This document shows positions 62,806-64,000 of a stretch of DNA of 64,000 nt, piece after piece; position 1 is the first letter of the stretch, and the number at the start of each line of letters is the position of its first letter. The position numbers were made by a program, and so were the translations under genes. The notes under the pieces were generated by a model that searched no databases, had not been told where the DNA came from, and saw only the letters and a program-made list of their open reading frames with translations. This stretch comes from Hormiphora californensis. Its lineage: Eukaryota; Animalia; Ctenophora. The stretch is taken from the NCBI GenBank assembly GCA_020137815.1, contig CM035352.1:2480001-2544000 (forward strand). Direction: 5' to 3'.

Positions 62806-63584
62806 ATTAATTGTTCAATTAATGTCTTAACCTATTAATTTGAAAATGAGTCAATAAATAAATACCATATAATCCAATATATAATATGCTATTGGCTGAT
62901 TCTATTCAAATGAATGACCATGTGTATTCAAATGAATGACCATGTGTAAAGTTATATTGTTTGTGTAATCCTATCTCTGCTGTTGGAAGGTGGGTGTTTG
63001 TTTGCCCAGCACATAGCCGCATCTCCCACTGATTTACACTGCAGTTGCATGGCCTCATGTATTGTTACAGAGCTGTAAGAAAAAGGGGATTATTCTCCGC
63101 AAACCTTGAATTTTTCATACTTTCTTTTTATTATAAAAATCCAGAGCACGGACACAGTGTCAAGCTACTCAATTCAAACCTCCCCTTTGATAGATTCCAT
63201 TTTTTTCAGCCCCAGACATGGTTAGTTAGCTTGTTAAGAGACAATTGTGGGTCCCTGCACTCCTTATTGCAACATGGGTTAGCTGGTTTATGATTTAGAT
63301 GATTTGTTAGCAACGTAACTACCATGGTGCTACTGCTGCACCTCAGTATATTATATGTGCTTTTCGTGTGAATTACTAAAATGCATGGTTATAGCGAATA
63401 ACGCTGTCAGAGCATTGGCCTGACCCATTCTAGTTTCTCTCAAATTTGAGCGCGAGAACTGTGGTCAGAGCATTGGCCTGACAGGAATAACGCGGTATAA
63501 ATAGAAGAGGTATTATGACATACATTGTACTAATAGTAATATAATAGTAAGTTTTATCTGCATGCACATATATTTCAGTAATTT

Positions 63585-63803
63585 AAAATCGGATTTTTTG
63601 AAGTTGTCACCCCCTTTTCGTGCGCGGCGTCGTATTTGCGTGTGACAGCCCCCACTCACTTTACGGCATAAAACCGCATATCACCGGAAAGAGCATAATT
63701 TTGTGAGTCCGTAAAACTTTTGATCGACGAGCCAAAATACAGCCAAAACAAGTTTCCGACGCGCACCACCCAGGGGGTGACAACTTCAAAAAATCCGACT
63801 TTA
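63585..63803. mobile_element. MITE of the same TIR family as 40228-40453
   Basis: TCGGATTTTTTGAAGTTGTCACCCC ... GGGGTGACAACTTCAAAAAATCCGA. Confidence 0.75.
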
Positions 63804-64000
63804 CTAGTAGGCGCTAATTATCACAAATACGTATAAAACAGATTTCTTGATTCTTGGCTAACAGAACCGTTATCTCTTCATGACATATCTGTCATTCTTG
63901 AGCTCCTCAACCTTACATCATATTAACCTGTTAAAAACACTTGATAACATTTTTTCTGTCAACTTCCAGGGGTAGCTGTAATGTTATGTTTCGAAAAACA

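Overview
Eukaryotic, gene-dense, short-intron animal DNA with many (AG)n tracts and MITEs. It is most likely a ctenophore (Pleurobrachia-like): a 34-nt motif at 37821-37854 matches the Pleurobrachia spliced leader as I recall it, which is not database-checked. Genes recognised by manual splicing, in order: PI4KA (3' part); UBAC1/KPC2; an RGG-repeat gene with two alternative last exons (SLC35G/EamA transporter or tail anchor); a SIX homeobox gene; a secreted, probably GPI-anchored gene with Cache-like motifs; a large RA-RA/disordered/coiled-coil gene; actin with a CArG box; an SLC25 carrier; ANAPC15; DONSON with a same-strand nested ORF; an acidic EA-repeat protein; and a complete 7-exon acetate kinase. 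The top finding is a ~1.36-kb insertion at 37821-39180 built as spliced leader + 20-nt UTR + LINE ORF1-like gene only + structured 3' end + (ATTGAT)n tail. It looks like an SL-trans-spliced, ORF1-only retroelement sitting inside nested inverted-repeat elements. The other main findings are the intron-containing acetate kinase (probable gene transfer), the RGG protein with switchable membrane modules, a palindromic SL relic, and operon-like gene pairs. Several exons carry 1-nt frameshifts that may be assembly errors. There is a 100-N gap at 54031-54130.
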